Shown: positions 8,481 through 18,696, counted from the first letter of the stretch. The stretch: DNA of 42,089 bases from Actinomycetes bacterium (GCA_021791795.1 JAJYVX010000006.1:1-42089); one strand, 5' to 3'. Numbers and translations are program-made. The notes: generated by a model not told the origin, from the letters alone.

Positions 8481-8625
8481 ATTGATACTTGTACGCCTTC
8501 AAGGAACACGTCGGTTCGGCCTCGCAGCAACTTTCCAGGACTCGGGCCGGTGACGCCGGTCGGCCCGCGACGAAGCGCAAGAAAGCCGCTCCGCAAAAGG
8601 TATCCTTGTCATCCGGGAGGTGCGC

Positions 8626-9897
8626 GTGTCCAGGACTGGGCCCGGGACAAGCAGATCCGGCGGCTTCACGGCCGCAGCCGCGAGGTCGCGACCGAACACG
8701 ACACGATGGATGCTCCTCGTGTTCATGTTCCTGAGCGGTTGCACTCAGATCGCCGTCGCTCCCCTTCTCCCGACATACGCGCACCAGTTCGGTCTCTCGC
8801 GCTTCGGGCAGGGCCTCCTGCTGGCGGCCACGGGGCTCGCCACGCTCGCCGTCGCCCTCCCGTCGGGCGCGCTGTCCGACCGGCTCGGATCACGCCGCGT
8901 CACGATCCTCTCCGGCGGCCTCATGGCGGGCGCCTCCTTGCTCCAGGCATTCGCTCCCTCGTTCGAGATGCTCCTCATCGCCCGCCTCATCTTCGGAGCC
9001 GGTTACGGCATCACCTGGACGTCTGGCCTCTCGTGGCTCTCCGACGTCACGCCGGCACGATCGAGCATCGGAGGTTCGGTGGCGAGCGCAGGCCTCGGCA
9101 ATGTCGTCGGCCCGGTGCTCTACGCCCTGCTCGTGGAGCACTTCGGGCTGTCGCTGCCGTTCATGGGTACGGCCTTCTGTCTTGCCGCGGTCACCGCCCT
9201 CCTCATGGGGCTCCGTGGTACCGACGCTCCGGCGGAGATGCCGGCCCCGATGCGCGCCGGCATCCTCCTCGCGGCTCAGGACCGGCTGACGCTCTCGGCT
9301 ACTGCCGCGATCGTGGTCGCCGGCGTCAGCTCAGGGGTCGCCTACCTCCTCGTACCCGGAGCTCTTCATGCCGACGGCGCCTCGACCGGCATGATCGGGC
9401 TCGTCTTCTCCGGGGCGGGGTTGCTCTTCGTAGCCGGGAGCGCGGTGACGTCGTGGTTCGGGCATGCCGCCATACGCCTTCGCGTCGCGATAGGCGGGAT
9501 GCTCGTCCTCGCGCTCGCCATCTCGCCGGCGGCAGCAAGCTCTGCCTCGCTGGCCATGATCGGGATGCTCTTCGCGACCTCGGCCGCTCGCTCGGTCGTC
9601 TGGACCGTCGCCTACCCGCTCGGAGCCGTAGGGGCTGAGGAGAGCGGCGCCGGCATAGGGCTTGTGATGGGGTTGCTCAACGGCGTCTGGGCCGCGACCG
9701 CAGTCGTCACCCCTTTGCTCGCGAGCGTCATCGCCGAGCACTCGAGCTTCCGTGCGGTGTTCGGGCTCGCCGAGATCGCGAGCGTCGTCCTCGCCGGCAT
9801 GCTCGCCGTGTTCGTCCTCAAGACGCCGGAGTCCCCGTACCGGACACTGCCCGCCAAGGCGATCCGGGCGCTTCGGGGGCTGCACCCGCACGACTGA
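8626..9897 (+). CDS. MFS transporter
   Basis: About 12 hydrophobic segments and motif A GALSDRLGSRRV. GGGAGG SD at 8615-8620 favours GTG 8626. Confidence 0.9.
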   Translation: MSRTGPGTSRSGGFTAAAARSRPNTTRWMLLVFMFLSGCTQIAVAPLLPTYAHQFGLSRFGQGLLLAATGLATLAVALPSGALSDRLGSRRVTILSGGLMAGASLLQAFAPSFEMLLIARLIFGAGYGITWTSGLSWLSDVTPARSSIGGSVASAGLGNVVGPVLYALLVEHFGLSLPFMGTAFCLAAVTALLMGLRGTDAPAEMPAPMRAGILLAAQDRLTLSATAAIVVAGVSSGVAYLLVPGALHADGASTGMIGLVFSGAGLLFVAGSAVTSWFGHAAIRLRVAIGGMLVLALAISPAAASSASLAMIGMLFATSAARSVVWTVAYPLGAVGAEESGAGIGLVMGLLNGVWAATAVVTPLLASVIAEHSSFRAVFGLAEIASVVLAGMLAVFVLKTPESPYRTLPAKAIRALRGLHPHD

Positions 9898-9990
9898 TTC
9901 GCGGTCACCCGGCCCGGAGCCTCTCGTCCGGCGGCGCCGCTCCCCCGGTCCGACGCCTGCCCACCGGTGGCGCCACCTCGCAAGACCTTC

Positions 9991-10029
9991 AAAGAAATGG
10001 AACGGGCACCCCGAGGGGCGCCCGTTCCA
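9991..10029 (-). terminator. Rho-independent terminator downstream of the ABC substrate-binding gene
   Basis: Minus strand TGGAACGGGCGCCC-CTCG-GGGTGCCCGTTCCA (14-bp stem, one G-U) followed by TTTCTTT, 23 nt after the stop codon. Confidence 0.85.
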
Positions 10030-10052
10030 GTCGGCAACTTGAGCTCAGAACG

Positions 10053-11720
10053 TCAGGTCAACCACATCATGCGGAAGCGGTACTCGATCCAGGGGTCTCC
10101 TGTCTTCTGGGCGATGACGCCGGCGAGGTTCGTCGCCTGGCCCACGATGACCGGGTTGAACGCGGGGATGATGTAGCCGCCTTCGTTGTAGTCCATGGTC
10201 ATCATCTCGTGGACGAGCCCCGTCTGCTTGGCCTGGTCCGGCTGGGCAAGCGCCTGCTTGTAGAGGTTGAGGTACGACGTCCCGTACTGGCTCGTGTCCC
10301 AGTGGGTCTCGTCCCACGGGGCGCCCGGGACCATGGAGTAGCCGGCCTGGCGCAGGTACGGGTACCCGCTCCACCAGTCCTGCGCGAACGTCCATTGCAG
10401 GTAGTTCGGGCCGAAGAACTCGCCGGAGGTCACTTGGTTGAGGTTGATGGTGATGCCGGCGGCGGAAGCCTGCTGCTTCAGCAGCTGGGCCATCTGCACC
10501 GCCCCGGTCTTGATCGGCCCGGTGGTGAGCGTCACCGTGAGACCGCTCCCGAAGCCCGCCTTCTTCAAGAGCGACTTGGCCTGCGGGATGTCCTGCACGC
10601 GCTGGGGGAGCGAGTGGTCGTACTCCGGGTCCGTGATGCTGAAGATGTCGTTGCCGAGGAAGCCGAAGCCCCCGTAGACGACCTTCTGCATCTGCGGGCG
10701 GTCGACCACGAGCCGCATCGCCTGCCTGACGTTCACATCGTTGAAGGGCGGCTTGTCGAGCCGCATGGTGAACGGGACCCAACCCGGGCCACCCCACACG
10801 TTCGCCACCTGGCCGCCGCCCCTCACCTCGGCGACGCTCGAGATCGACAGCTGGTCGCAGCACGTCGCCTGGTTCGACAGGAGCGCGTTCACCTGGCTCT
10901 GCTCGTCCGAGTAGTCCTGGATGACCAGCGTGTCGACGTAAGGCTCGCCCGTCACGAAGTAGTTCTTGTTCGCCGAGAACGAGCTCGACACGCCGGGGGT
11001 GAACTTGTCGCCCGCTGCCGGGTCGTACTTGAACGGACCGGTCCCGACGGGCAGCTTCGGGTTGTAGCCGACCGGCACGATGCTCATCTCGCCGTTGCCT
11101 ATGAGCGAGATGGGCAGGATCGAGTACGGCGAGCTGCAGGGGATCTGCACCGTGTAGTCGTCCAGCTTCTTCGCGTTCTTCAGCTCCAACGCCGCGAGCC
11201 CGGAAGCCGCCGAAAGCTTGTTGCTCACGATGCGGTTGAAGGTGTAGAGCACGTCGTCGACGGTGAGCGTCTTGCCGTTGTGGAACTCGATGCCCTTGCG
11301 CAGCTTGATGGTCCACTCGGTGGCACTCGGGTTGGCCGTCACCTCCTCGGCGAGGTGCGGCTGGATGACGTTGTCCTGGTTCAGCTCGAGGAGTGTGTCG
11401 TAGAGCTGAGGGGCACGTGCGAAGTCGAGGTTGGTGACCGCCTTGTTGCCGTCGAGCGTGTCGGCCGAGCCGCCGCCCGTGCTGGCGAGCGTGATCGTCC
11501 CGCCGCGCTTCGGCTTGCCTGCTCCCGATGTCGTCGTGCTGCTGCTGCTGCTGCCGCTGCTGCTCGGGGACGACCCGCACGCTTCGAGGGTGCCGCCCAT
11601 ACCGAGGACAGCGAGGCCACCGCCGGCGCGGATGAGGAAAGCGCGCCGAGAGTGCGGACCCAACAGACCGCCGCCCTCCGAACTACCTGGCTCCTGTTCC
11701 GGGCTCTTGTCTCGGGCCAT
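10053..11720 (-). CDS. ABC transporter substrate-binding protein, family 5 (peptide/nickel type), Tat-exported lipoprotein
   Basis: SRRAFL twin-Arg motif, LEAC lipobox, Ser/Thr linker, LRKGIEFHNGKTLTVDDVLYT, GTGPFK, PFNDVNVRQAM. Confidence 0.92.
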   Translation of the reverse strand: MARDKSPEQEPGSSEGGGLLGPHSRRAFLIRAGGGLAVLGMGGTLEACGSSPSSSGSSSSSTTTSGAGKPKRGGTITLASTGGGSADTLDGNKAVTNLDFARAPQLYDTLLELNQDNVIQPHLAEEVTANPSATEWTIKLRKGIEFHNGKTLTVDDVLYTFNRIVSNKLSAASGLAALELKNAKKLDDYTVQIPCSSPYSILPISLIGNGEMSIVPVGYNPKLPVGTGPFKYDPAAGDKFTPGVSSSFSANKNYFVTGEPYVDTLVIQDYSDEQSQVNALLSNQATCCDQLSISSVAEVRGGGQVANVWGGPGWVPFTMRLDKPPFNDVNVRQAMRLVVDRPQMQKVVYGGFGFLGNDIFSITDPEYDHSLPQRVQDIPQAKSLLKKAGFGSGLTVTLTTGPIKTGAVQMAQLLKQQASAAGITINLNQVTSGEFFGPNYLQWTFAQDWWSGYPYLRQAGYSMVPGAPWDETHWDTSQYGTSYLNLYKQALAQPDQAKQTGLVHEMMTMDYNEGGYIIPAFNPVIVGQATNLAGVIAQKTGDPWIEYRFRMMWLT

Positions 11721-11886
11721 AGGGCATCCCCCCTCTCAGCGCGCGGGCCTCGGCCCGACACGCGATCGTCAAGTATGCCTCACACTAGGAAAGGCTCGTA
11801 GGCTCTGCAAGAGCACCCTTTGCCTTGCATATCCTCCAGGGGACACTGAGGCAGGGTGACCTGCTCTTTCCCACGAGGTGGAACTG

Positions 11887-14800
11887 ATGGTGCACGAGTG
11901 CGACGGACACGACCACCGCTTCGAGCAGTACGCAACCTCTGATCGACGCCTGCTCGCTCTCGTGCGGGACTTCGACGAGCGCCTGGCCCAAGCCGCGGCA
12001 CGGGGCGCCGATCTCTCGAAGGTACTCGCCGCGCTCGATCCCGACCCCGCCCGGTACACCGACGTCGGGGAGGGCGGAGGCATCGTCGACGAGGTGCTCG
12101 CCGAGGCGGAGGAGGCACTCGCGACGGCCCCCGACATCCCGGGCTTCGCGAACCTGCGCAGCCTCCTGCTGCCGACATCTCGGCCGGCCAATCGCCCGGC
12201 GATCGCCTCGTGTCCCGACGGGCGGCTGCTCGCATCCTGGATCGAGTGGACGGAGCACGAAGGCGAGCAGGTGCACGCCGTCCTGCTCGACCGTGACGGC
12301 CGGCCACTTGCCGAGCCCCGGGCGGTGTCGGGGCAGCTCGCAGACTGCCTGCGGCCCTCTGTCGTCTTCGACGGTGACGGCACCGGATGGGTCTTCTTCG
12401 GCCTGCGCGCAGCAGAGGGTGTGGCGGTCTTCGCCACACGCGAGGAGGGCTCGGGCTGGCTGCCTCCTTTCCCGGTGAGCACGACGGCGCACCCGTCGTT
12501 CAACCAGGAGGTGGCGCTCCGCTGCGACGGCGCGCTCGAATGCTGCTGGCAGGGCTACGCCGGCGGGCGATTCCGCATCTACACAAGGACGGTCGGCCGT
12601 TCCCGCCTCGGCGACACCCGCCTCGTGAGCGCGGAGGACGAGCGCAACGTCTGGGACCCGGCGGTGGCCTGCGACTCGAGCGGCCGAACCTGCTTCGGGT
12701 GGACCACCTACGGCGAGCGAGGCTACGAGACCGCTCTCCGCATGAGAGAGACAGGCGGTGCCGAGTCGAGCAGGCTGATCGTCGCGCCTGAGGCTTATTC
12801 GCTGCACCCGAGCCTCGCCTTCACGCCCGACGGGGCCCTCTGGTGCGCATTCGACACGATCGCCCTCGGCGGCCACGCTGGATCCGGCCCGACCCGGCTC
12901 CGCACCCGCGAGGAGATGGCGTTTCCTCTGAGGACCGGTCGCAAGGCGGACGGGAGGGCGGTCCCCGCCGACCTCGCACCGGACGTGACCGCAGAGGTGA
13001 CGGTCGTGCGCATCGGCGACTTCGGCCACGCCGCGGAGCCAACAGGTCCGATCGGCGTGTCGACCCACGTGTCGCCGGCCGGACTGCCGCGGATAGCCGC
13101 GACCCCAGAGGGTTCCGTGGCGGTCGCATATCGCGCCATGCGCCGCCTGCCGTTGATGCTCTACTTCTGGGAGACCGTGCTCGAGTGGCACACCCCGAGA
13201 GGTTGGGGCAACCTCACGACCTTCGACGAGACGGACGGACCGCTCGAGGAGCCGGCCGTCGCCGCCCGGGAAGACGGAGTGGTCGCCTCGTGGCAGCAGG
13301 ACGGCCGGCAGGCGCGCGGCCTCGCGTGGACCGAGGGTTTCGGGGGTGAGGAGTGCCTCGCCCTTCGCGAGCACTACGGCGAAGTCGTCTGGCACACCCT
13401 CCACACGGGTGGGCACATACGCCTCGGCGCGGTTGACGTTCCTTTCGGGACGAGCACGGCTGCCGAGGGCTCATCGCCGGCGGCAGCCGGGGCGGCGGAG
13501 CCTCGATCGGCCACCGCGACGACGGCGGCGGACGCCCCGCACAGCGAGAGCCGTCCCTGGGCCGTGGCGCGGCGAGGCGGCCGGGGACACGACCGCTCCT
13601 GGCGCTACCGCACCACCGCGGACGGGCGCGACTACGGGCTCTACTGGGGCGACCTCCACCGCCACTCGCTCATAAGCAGGTGCACCGCCGGCGACGAGCC
13701 TGAGCTCGACGACTTCTACCGCTACTCCTTCGACGTCTGCGAGTACGACTTCTGGGCGGTCACGGACCACGCGGAGAACACATCGTCGTTCCAGTGGTGG
13801 TCAATCCAGAAACTGGCCGATGTGCTCAACGTCGAAGGCAGGTTCGTACCGTTCTACGGCTTCGAGTGGACTGCCGCCACCGGCCACCAGAACGTCATCT
13901 ACGAGTCGACGAGACGCGACGCACCCATCTACTCCTCGACGGCCGAAGCCACCCGCAACCCTGCCCAGCTCTGGTCGCACCTGCGCAGAGCCGGCCAGCG
14001 CAGTCTCACCATCCCGCACCACCCGGGATCGGCGATGGTGCCCTTCGACTGGTCCTACCGCGACGAGGAGATGTGCCGCCTCGTCGAGGTCTTCCAGGCC
14101 TGCCGGGGCAACTACGAAGACGACGGCTGCTTCCGGCAGTACTCCGACTGCACGCTCACCGGGACCTTCGTCGCCGACGGGCTGCGGGCCGGGCATCGCT
14201 TCGGCCTCATCTCGTCGTCGGACCACGGGAACGGGGCGAGCTTCGTAGGCGCCTTCGCGACGGATCTGACGCGAGCAGCCGTCTTCGACGCGCTCCACGG
14301 CCGCCGCACGATCGCCGCCACGACCCGCGACGTCATCGTCGACTTCAGGCTGAACGGCTGCTTCATGGGCTCGGAGGCACCCCCCGCCGAGAGCGTCTCG
14401 ATCGCTGCCGCGGCCGAGGGCTACTGCGACGTCGCCCGCTTCGACCTGCTGCGCAACGGCGAGGTCGTGCACCGCATCGAAGCCGACCTCGGCCTTGCTC
14501 CATCCGAGACCGCCTTCCCCCTCCGCGTCGAGTGGGCGGCGGGCGAGACCGGCCGCAGCGACTGGACCGGGAGCCTCCGTGTGGGCGGTGGTCGCATCCT
14601 CGAGACGAAGTACTGGTCGCCCGAGATAGTGGAGGTGTCGCACGACACCATCCGTTGGACCGCCGAGACGCGCAACTTCCGCTCGCAGTACGGCTTCCAG
14701 CGCGGCGGCGTGGAACTGACGGTTCTCGGCACGCCCGGCACGACGGTCGACATCGTCACAGCCTCGATGGGCGGGCGGACAACCCTGGGCGACGTAGCGC

Positions 14801-15006
14801 GTGACCGGAAGATCGAGATCGGGCACACCGCGGCCGGCACGCTCGCCCTGCAGCTGGCGACGGGCGGCCTCGTGAGCCTCGGCACCTCCACTGTCCGCAT
14901 GGACTACGAGGAGCCGCTCTCGCAACCCGGGTGGTACTACGCCCGGGTCATCCTGGAGGACGGGGAGATGGCCTGGTCCTCTCCCGTGTGGGTCAGTCCT
15001 TCCTGA
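11887..15006 (+). CDS. Large DUF3604/PHP-like metallohydrolase with N-terminal repeat (putative beta-propeller) region
   Basis: YWGDLHRHS, AVTDH, GFEWT..GHQNV, IPHHP, GLISSSDH, YYARV...MAWSSPVWV. GAGGTGG SD favours ATG 11887 (alternative GTG 11878). Confidence 0.8.
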   Translation: MVHECDGHDHRFEQYATSDRRLLALVRDFDERLAQAAARGADLSKVLAALDPDPARYTDVGEGGGIVDEVLAEAEEALATAPDIPGFANLRSLLLPTSRPANRPAIASCPDGRLLASWIEWTEHEGEQVHAVLLDRDGRPLAEPRAVSGQLADCLRPSVVFDGDGTGWVFFGLRAAEGVAVFATREEGSGWLPPFPVSTTAHPSFNQEVALRCDGALECCWQGYAGGRFRIYTRTVGRSRLGDTRLVSAEDERNVWDPAVACDSSGRTCFGWTTYGERGYETALRMRETGGAESSRLIVAPEAYSLHPSLAFTPDGALWCAFDTIALGGHAGSGPTRLRTREEMAFPLRTGRKADGRAVPADLAPDVTAEVTVVRIGDFGHAAEPTGPIGVSTHVSPAGLPRIAATPEGSVAVAYRAMRRLPLMLYFWETVLEWHTPRGWGNLTTFDETDGPLEEPAVAAREDGVVASWQQDGRQARGLAWTEGFGGEECLALREHYGEVVWHTLHTGGHIRLGAVDVPFGTSTAAEGSSPAAAGAAEPRSATATTAADAPHSESRPWAVARRGGRGHDRSWRYRTTADGRDYGLYWGDLHRHSLISRCTAGDEPELDDFYRYSFDVCEYDFWAVTDHAENTSSFQWWSIQKLADVLNVEGRFVPFYGFEWTAATGHQNVIYESTRRDAPIYSSTAEATRNPAQLWSHLRRAGQRSLTIPHHPGSAMVPFDWSYRDEEMCRLVEVFQACRGNYEDDGCFRQYSDCTLTGTFVADGLRAGHRFGLISSSDHGNGASFVGAFATDLTRAAVFDALHGRRTIAATTRDVIVDFRLNGCFMGSEAPPAESVSIAAAAEGYCDVARFDLLRNGEVVHRIEADLGLAPSETAFPLRVEWAAGETGRSDWTGSLRVGGGRILETKYWSPEIVEVSHDTIRWTAETRNFRSQYGFQRGGVELTVLGTPGTTVDIVTASMGGRTTLGDVARDRKIEIGHTAAGTLALQLATGGLVSLGTSTVRMDYEEPLSQPGWYYARVILEDGEMAWSSPVWVSPS

Positions 15007-15757
15007 GGAACCGGCCGATGCGGCTCTGCGACTCCCCTCCTTGCACCAGCGTCGCGTAGGCGAGCTGCTCGATGAACAGCGCGGTGGCGCGGGACGACTC
15101 CGCCGCGGCGTCGATCGCCCGCCTCGCGAGTGTCACCGCCAACGGCGGCAGCTCGGCGAGCGCAGCGGCCATCTCCATCGCCCGGGCGAAGGACTCGCCC
15201 TCGGGGACGAGCTCCGTGACGAGCCCGCAGGCGTGCGCCTCGCCGGCCGGGATTCGGCGCCGGAGAAGGACGAGCTCGCGCGCCTTGGCCGCTCCGACGA
15301 AGCGCGCCAGGCGCATGGTCCCCCCGGAGCTCGGCACTATGCCGATGTCCAGCTCGGGCAACCCGAACGTCGCCGTCTCTTCTGCAACCCGGAAGTCCGT
15401 CGCGAGCGCCAGCTCGAGACCGCCGCCGAGGCAGTAGCCGGCGATGGCGCTCACGGACGGCTGCGACAGCGAAGCGACGGCCTCGTACGCCGCGCCGCTC
15501 GCGGCGTAGTAGGCGAACACGCTTTCCGCGTCGACCGCCCTCATCTCCGACACGTCCGCCCCGGCGGAGAACGCCTTGGCGCCGCCGGTGACGACGACAC
15601 ACCGGCTGCTCGACACCTCGGGGCGCGAAATCGCCGTCTGCAGTGCCCCCTCGAGCGCCGAGGAGATGGCGTTGAGCTTCGAGGGCCTGTTCAGCCTGAG
15701 GACGGCGACGGGACCGTCCCTGGCGACGAGAACGAGCGGGTTGTCGGTCTCCACCAC
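14993..15757 (-). CDS. Enoyl-CoA hydratase/isomerase (crotonase family)
   Basis: LRLNRPSKLNAI, FSAGADV, GYCLGGGLELALATDFR, FGLPE (both catalytic Glu present). Start GTG 15757 or 15754. Confidence 0.92.
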   Translation of the reverse strand: MVETDNPLVLVARDGPVAVLRLNRPSKLNAISSALEGALQTAISRPEVSSSRCVVVTGGAKAFSAGADVSEMRAVDAESVFAYYAASGAAYEAVASLSQPSVSAIAGYCLGGGLELALATDFRVAEETATFGLPELDIGIVPSSGGTMRLARFVGAAKARELVLLRRRIPAGEAHACGLVTELVPEGESFARAMEMAAALAELPPLAVTLARRAIDAAAESSRATALFIEQLAYATLVQGGESQSRIGRFLRKD

Positions 15758-15789
15758 GGAGGAACGTACTCGCCGCGTAAGGTTGCCGC

Positions 15790-16590
15790 ATGCACCGGTC
15801 TTCGCTCGCGCCCGACGCCCACGCGGGTTCGGTGGCGCTCGTCTCGGGCGGAGGTACCGGGATCGGCCGGGCGGCGGCGCTCGAGCTCGCGAGGACCGGA
15901 GCAAGAGTCGTCGTCTGCGGGCGCCGGGCCGATCTCCTCGAGGAGACGGTGGCCGCGATCGCCGCCGTCGGGTCCGAGGCACTCGCCGTACCGGCGGACC
16001 TCCGGGAGCACGCGGCGGTCGCACAGGTGGTCGACGCCGCCCTCGAGCGGTTCGGCGCCGTCGACGTGCTCGTGAACAACGCCGGCGGCCAGTTCGAGGC
16101 GGCCGCGGAGGACATATCCCTGAATGGCTGGCGGGCGGTCCATCGGATCAGTGTCGACGCTGTCTGGGACATGACGCACGAGGTCGCCACCCGCTCGATG
16201 ATCCCGAACCGCCGGGGCGTCGTCGTCTTCGTCGGGTTCAGCCCGCGCCGGGCAGTGCCGAAGATGGCGCATGCCGCGGCCGCTCGGGCGGCGGTCGACA
16301 ACCTGGCGGCGGGTCTCGCGGCGGAGTGGAGCCGGTACGGGATACGCGCGGTCTGCGTCTCGCCGGGCAACATCGACACCGAGGCCATCGTCGCCTACGG
16401 CGAGGAGGAGATAGACGGCTGGCGACGCTCGGTGCCCCTCGGCCGCCTCGGTACAGCCGAGGAGGTTGCAAGCGTGATCGCCTTCGTCGCCTCCCTCGGC
16501 GCGAGCTACGTGACCGGCGCCACCATCCTCGTCGACGGCGGCCTCGACGCCTGGGGTCAGGGCTCTCCCCCGCCGGCGCCCGAGGCATGA
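15790..16590 (+). CDS. SDR family oxidoreductase (2,4-dienoyl-CoA reductase/AtuB-like)
   Basis: SGGGTGIG, CGRR, NNAGGQF, and HAAAAR in place of YxxxK, VPLGRLG. Confidence 0.85.
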   Translation: MHRSSLAPDAHAGSVALVSGGGTGIGRAAALELARTGARVVVCGRRADLLEETVAAIAAVGSEALAVPADLREHAAVAQVVDAALERFGAVDVLVNNAGGQFEAAAEDISLNGWRAVHRISVDAVWDMTHEVATRSMIPNRRGVVVFVGFSPRRAVPKMAHAAAARAAVDNLAAGLAAEWSRYGIRAVCVSPGNIDTEAIVAYGEEEIDGWRRSVPLGRLGTAEEVASVIAFVASLGASYVTGATILVDGGLDAWGQGSPPPAPEA

Positions 16591-18683
16591 GCCACGACCA
16601 TCCGGGCGTCCAGCCCCACCACCTCCGACGCCTCGACGACGAGCGGGTTGACTTCGAGCTCCAGCACCTCAGGGTGGGCGGCCGCCACCTCCGACAGAAC
16701 GGAGAGGGCTCGGGCCGCCTCCCCCACCGCCAGAGCCTGACGCCCCCGTGCGCCGAGCAGCAGCGGGGCGGCCCGTAGCCGGCCTATGAGCTCGAGCGCC
16801 TCATGCTCGTCGACAGGCGCGAGAGCCACGGCGGTGTCGTCGAGCACCTCGGCATAGATCCCGCCGAGCGCCACGAGAGCCACCGGCCCGAAGCGCGGAT
16901 CGCGCACCGCTCCGACGAGGAGCTCGACTCCCGACACGTTCGCCATGGGCTCCACAGAGAGGCGCGACTCACCGAATCTCTCGGCGAAACCCGCCACCGT
17001 CCTCCGCACCTCCCCCTCCCCACTCACGTCGAGCGCCACCCCGCCGGAGTCCGACTTGTGCTCGAGCTCGGCCGCCTTGATCACGACCGGATAGCCGACG
17101 GTCTCTGCCGCGAGGACGGCTTGCTCGACGGTCCTCGCCTCTTGCGCCGGCAGGAAGGGGAAGCCTGCTTCGGCGAGCAACGCCCTCGCTGCGAAGTACC
17201 CGCCCTCGGCGACCCGGCGGCCCGCCGGTCTCTCGACTCCACCAGCAGGGCGCGGCCGCCGCCTCTTGTGGAGGGACTCCGCCCGCCGCGTGAGACGGAC
17301 GAGCGCCTCTGCTGCGTCCTCCACGTTGGCATAGACCGGTACCCGCCCGTCGCGCAGCTTGCCGAGAGGACCCGCCTCCTCCCCCACCTTCTCCTCGTCG
17401 ACGAGCCGGTGCATCGAGTGCACGACCATGGGCTTCTCCGACGTCTGCATGATCGAGGCGAGGAAGCTGCCCACCTCGGCCTCCGCCTTCGCCATCTCGG
17501 GGCTGTACTGCCCGTAGCCGCCGAAGTAGCCGGTGAGGAGAACCGAGTCCACCTCGTCCGAGGCGGCGAGCGCCAGAGCGACGCGCGTGAACGACCAGAT
17601 GTCCTGCTCCCCCGCGCCGGCGAGGTCGACCGGGTTGTCCGTACCTCCCGCCGTCCCCGTCGCGCCCGCAAGCTCCTTCGTGAGAGCCGGCGAGAGCTCG
17701 GGCACCTCGAGGCCGCGCATCGCCACCGCGTCGGACGCGATGGCGCCGTGGCCGCCGCCGTCCGCCACCACGCCGACGCGCGGCCCTTTCGGGAGGAGCC
17801 CGAGGAGGAGCGACTGACAGGCGTCGATGAGCTCCTTCGGCGTGGAGACACGCTCGATGCCCGCCGCCCGGCAAGCCGCTTCGACGGCCGTCTGGGACGA
17901 CACGAGCGCCCCCGTGTGCGAGCGCGCGGCCCGGCGCGAGGCGTCGCTCTCCCCCGGCGCCAGGAGGACGACCGGCTTTCCCGCCTCTGTCGCCCTCGAG
18001 GCCACGTCGACGAAACCGCGACCGTCCCTGAAGTCTTCGCAGTACACGCAGATCACCTCCACCGACGGAGCATCGGTGAAGTCGTGGAGCAGATCTGATA
18101 CGTCGAGATCGGCCTGGTTGCCCACCGAGGCGAAACGGGCCACGCCGAGCCCGGCCTCCACCGCCTTCTGACCGAGCTCCAAGGCGAGGTTGCCGCTCTG
18201 GGAGATGAGACCGATCGGCCCAGGGGCGAGCTTGTTCGAGGAGAGGAAGAGGGACGCGGCGGCGTCGCTCAATCCGAGGCAGTTGGGCCCGAGGAGGACC
18301 GCGCCCGCCTGCCGCACCTTTGCTACTGCGGCTTCCTCTCGCGCCCTTCCTTCTCGTCCGGTCTCGGCCAGACCGGCCGTGATACCGACGAGCGCCCGCG
18401 CCCCTGCCGCAAGGGCGTCTTCGAGCGCCTGCTCGAAACCGGCCTCCGGCACGCACAGCGCCACGAGGTCGGGCGGCTCGGGCAGGTCGGCGACGGACTC
18501 GTAGGCCCGGTGGCCGAGGACCTCGCCGCCCCGCCGGTTCACGAAGTAGACCGAGCGCAGGTGGTCGCCTTCGAGGGAGCCGCGTGCGAGCCAGTGGCCC
18601 CACTTGTCCGGGTCGTTCGAGGCCCCGACGATGGCCACCGACGACGGGTTGAACAGGGGGCGCAGGTCCCTCTTCTCGGACAC
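16557..18683 (-). CDS. Acetate/acyl-CoA ligase (ADP-forming) family, fused CoA-binding and ATP-grasp domains
   Basis: SVAIVGAS, LLGPNCLG, SQSGN, SVGNQAD, SHTGAL (phospho-His), NPVDL, HKSDSGGV, DPRFGP, EVNPL. Confidence 0.92.
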   Translation of the reverse strand: MSEKRDLRPLFNPSSVAIVGASNDPDKWGHWLARGSLEGDHLRSVYFVNRRGGEVLGHRAYESVADLPEPPDLVALCVPEAGFEQALEDALAAGARALVGITAGLAETGREGRAREEAAVAKVRQAGAVLLGPNCLGLSDAAASLFLSSNKLAPGPIGLISQSGNLALELGQKAVEAGLGVARFASVGNQADLDVSDLLHDFTDAPSVEVICVYCEDFRDGRGFVDVASRATEAGKPVVLLAPGESDASRRAARSHTGALVSSQTAVEAACRAAGIERVSTPKELIDACQSLLLGLLPKGPRVGVVADGGGHGAIASDAVAMRGLEVPELSPALTKELAGATGTAGGTDNPVDLAGAGEQDIWSFTRVALALAASDEVDSVLLTGYFGGYGQYSPEMAKAEAEVGSFLASIMQTSEKPMVVHSMHRLVDEEKVGEEAGPLGKLRDGRVPVYANVEDAAEALVRLTRRAESLHKRRRPRPAGGVERPAGRRVAEGGYFAARALLAEAGFPFLPAQEARTVEQAVLAAETVGYPVVIKAAELEHKSDSGGVALDVSGEGEVRRTVAGFAERFGESRLSVEPMANVSGVELLVGAVRDPRFGPVALVALGGIYAEVLDDTAVALAPVDEHEALELIGRLRAAPLLLGARGRQALAVGEAARALSVLSEVAAAHPEVLELEVNPLVVEASEVVGLDARMVVAHASGAGGGEP

Positions 18684-18696
18684 CTCCGGCGTGCGG

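Noticed and set aside
11535-11565. (GCT)n trinucleotide run
   Set aside because: Encodes the ordinary poly-Ser linker after the lipobox of the binding protein.
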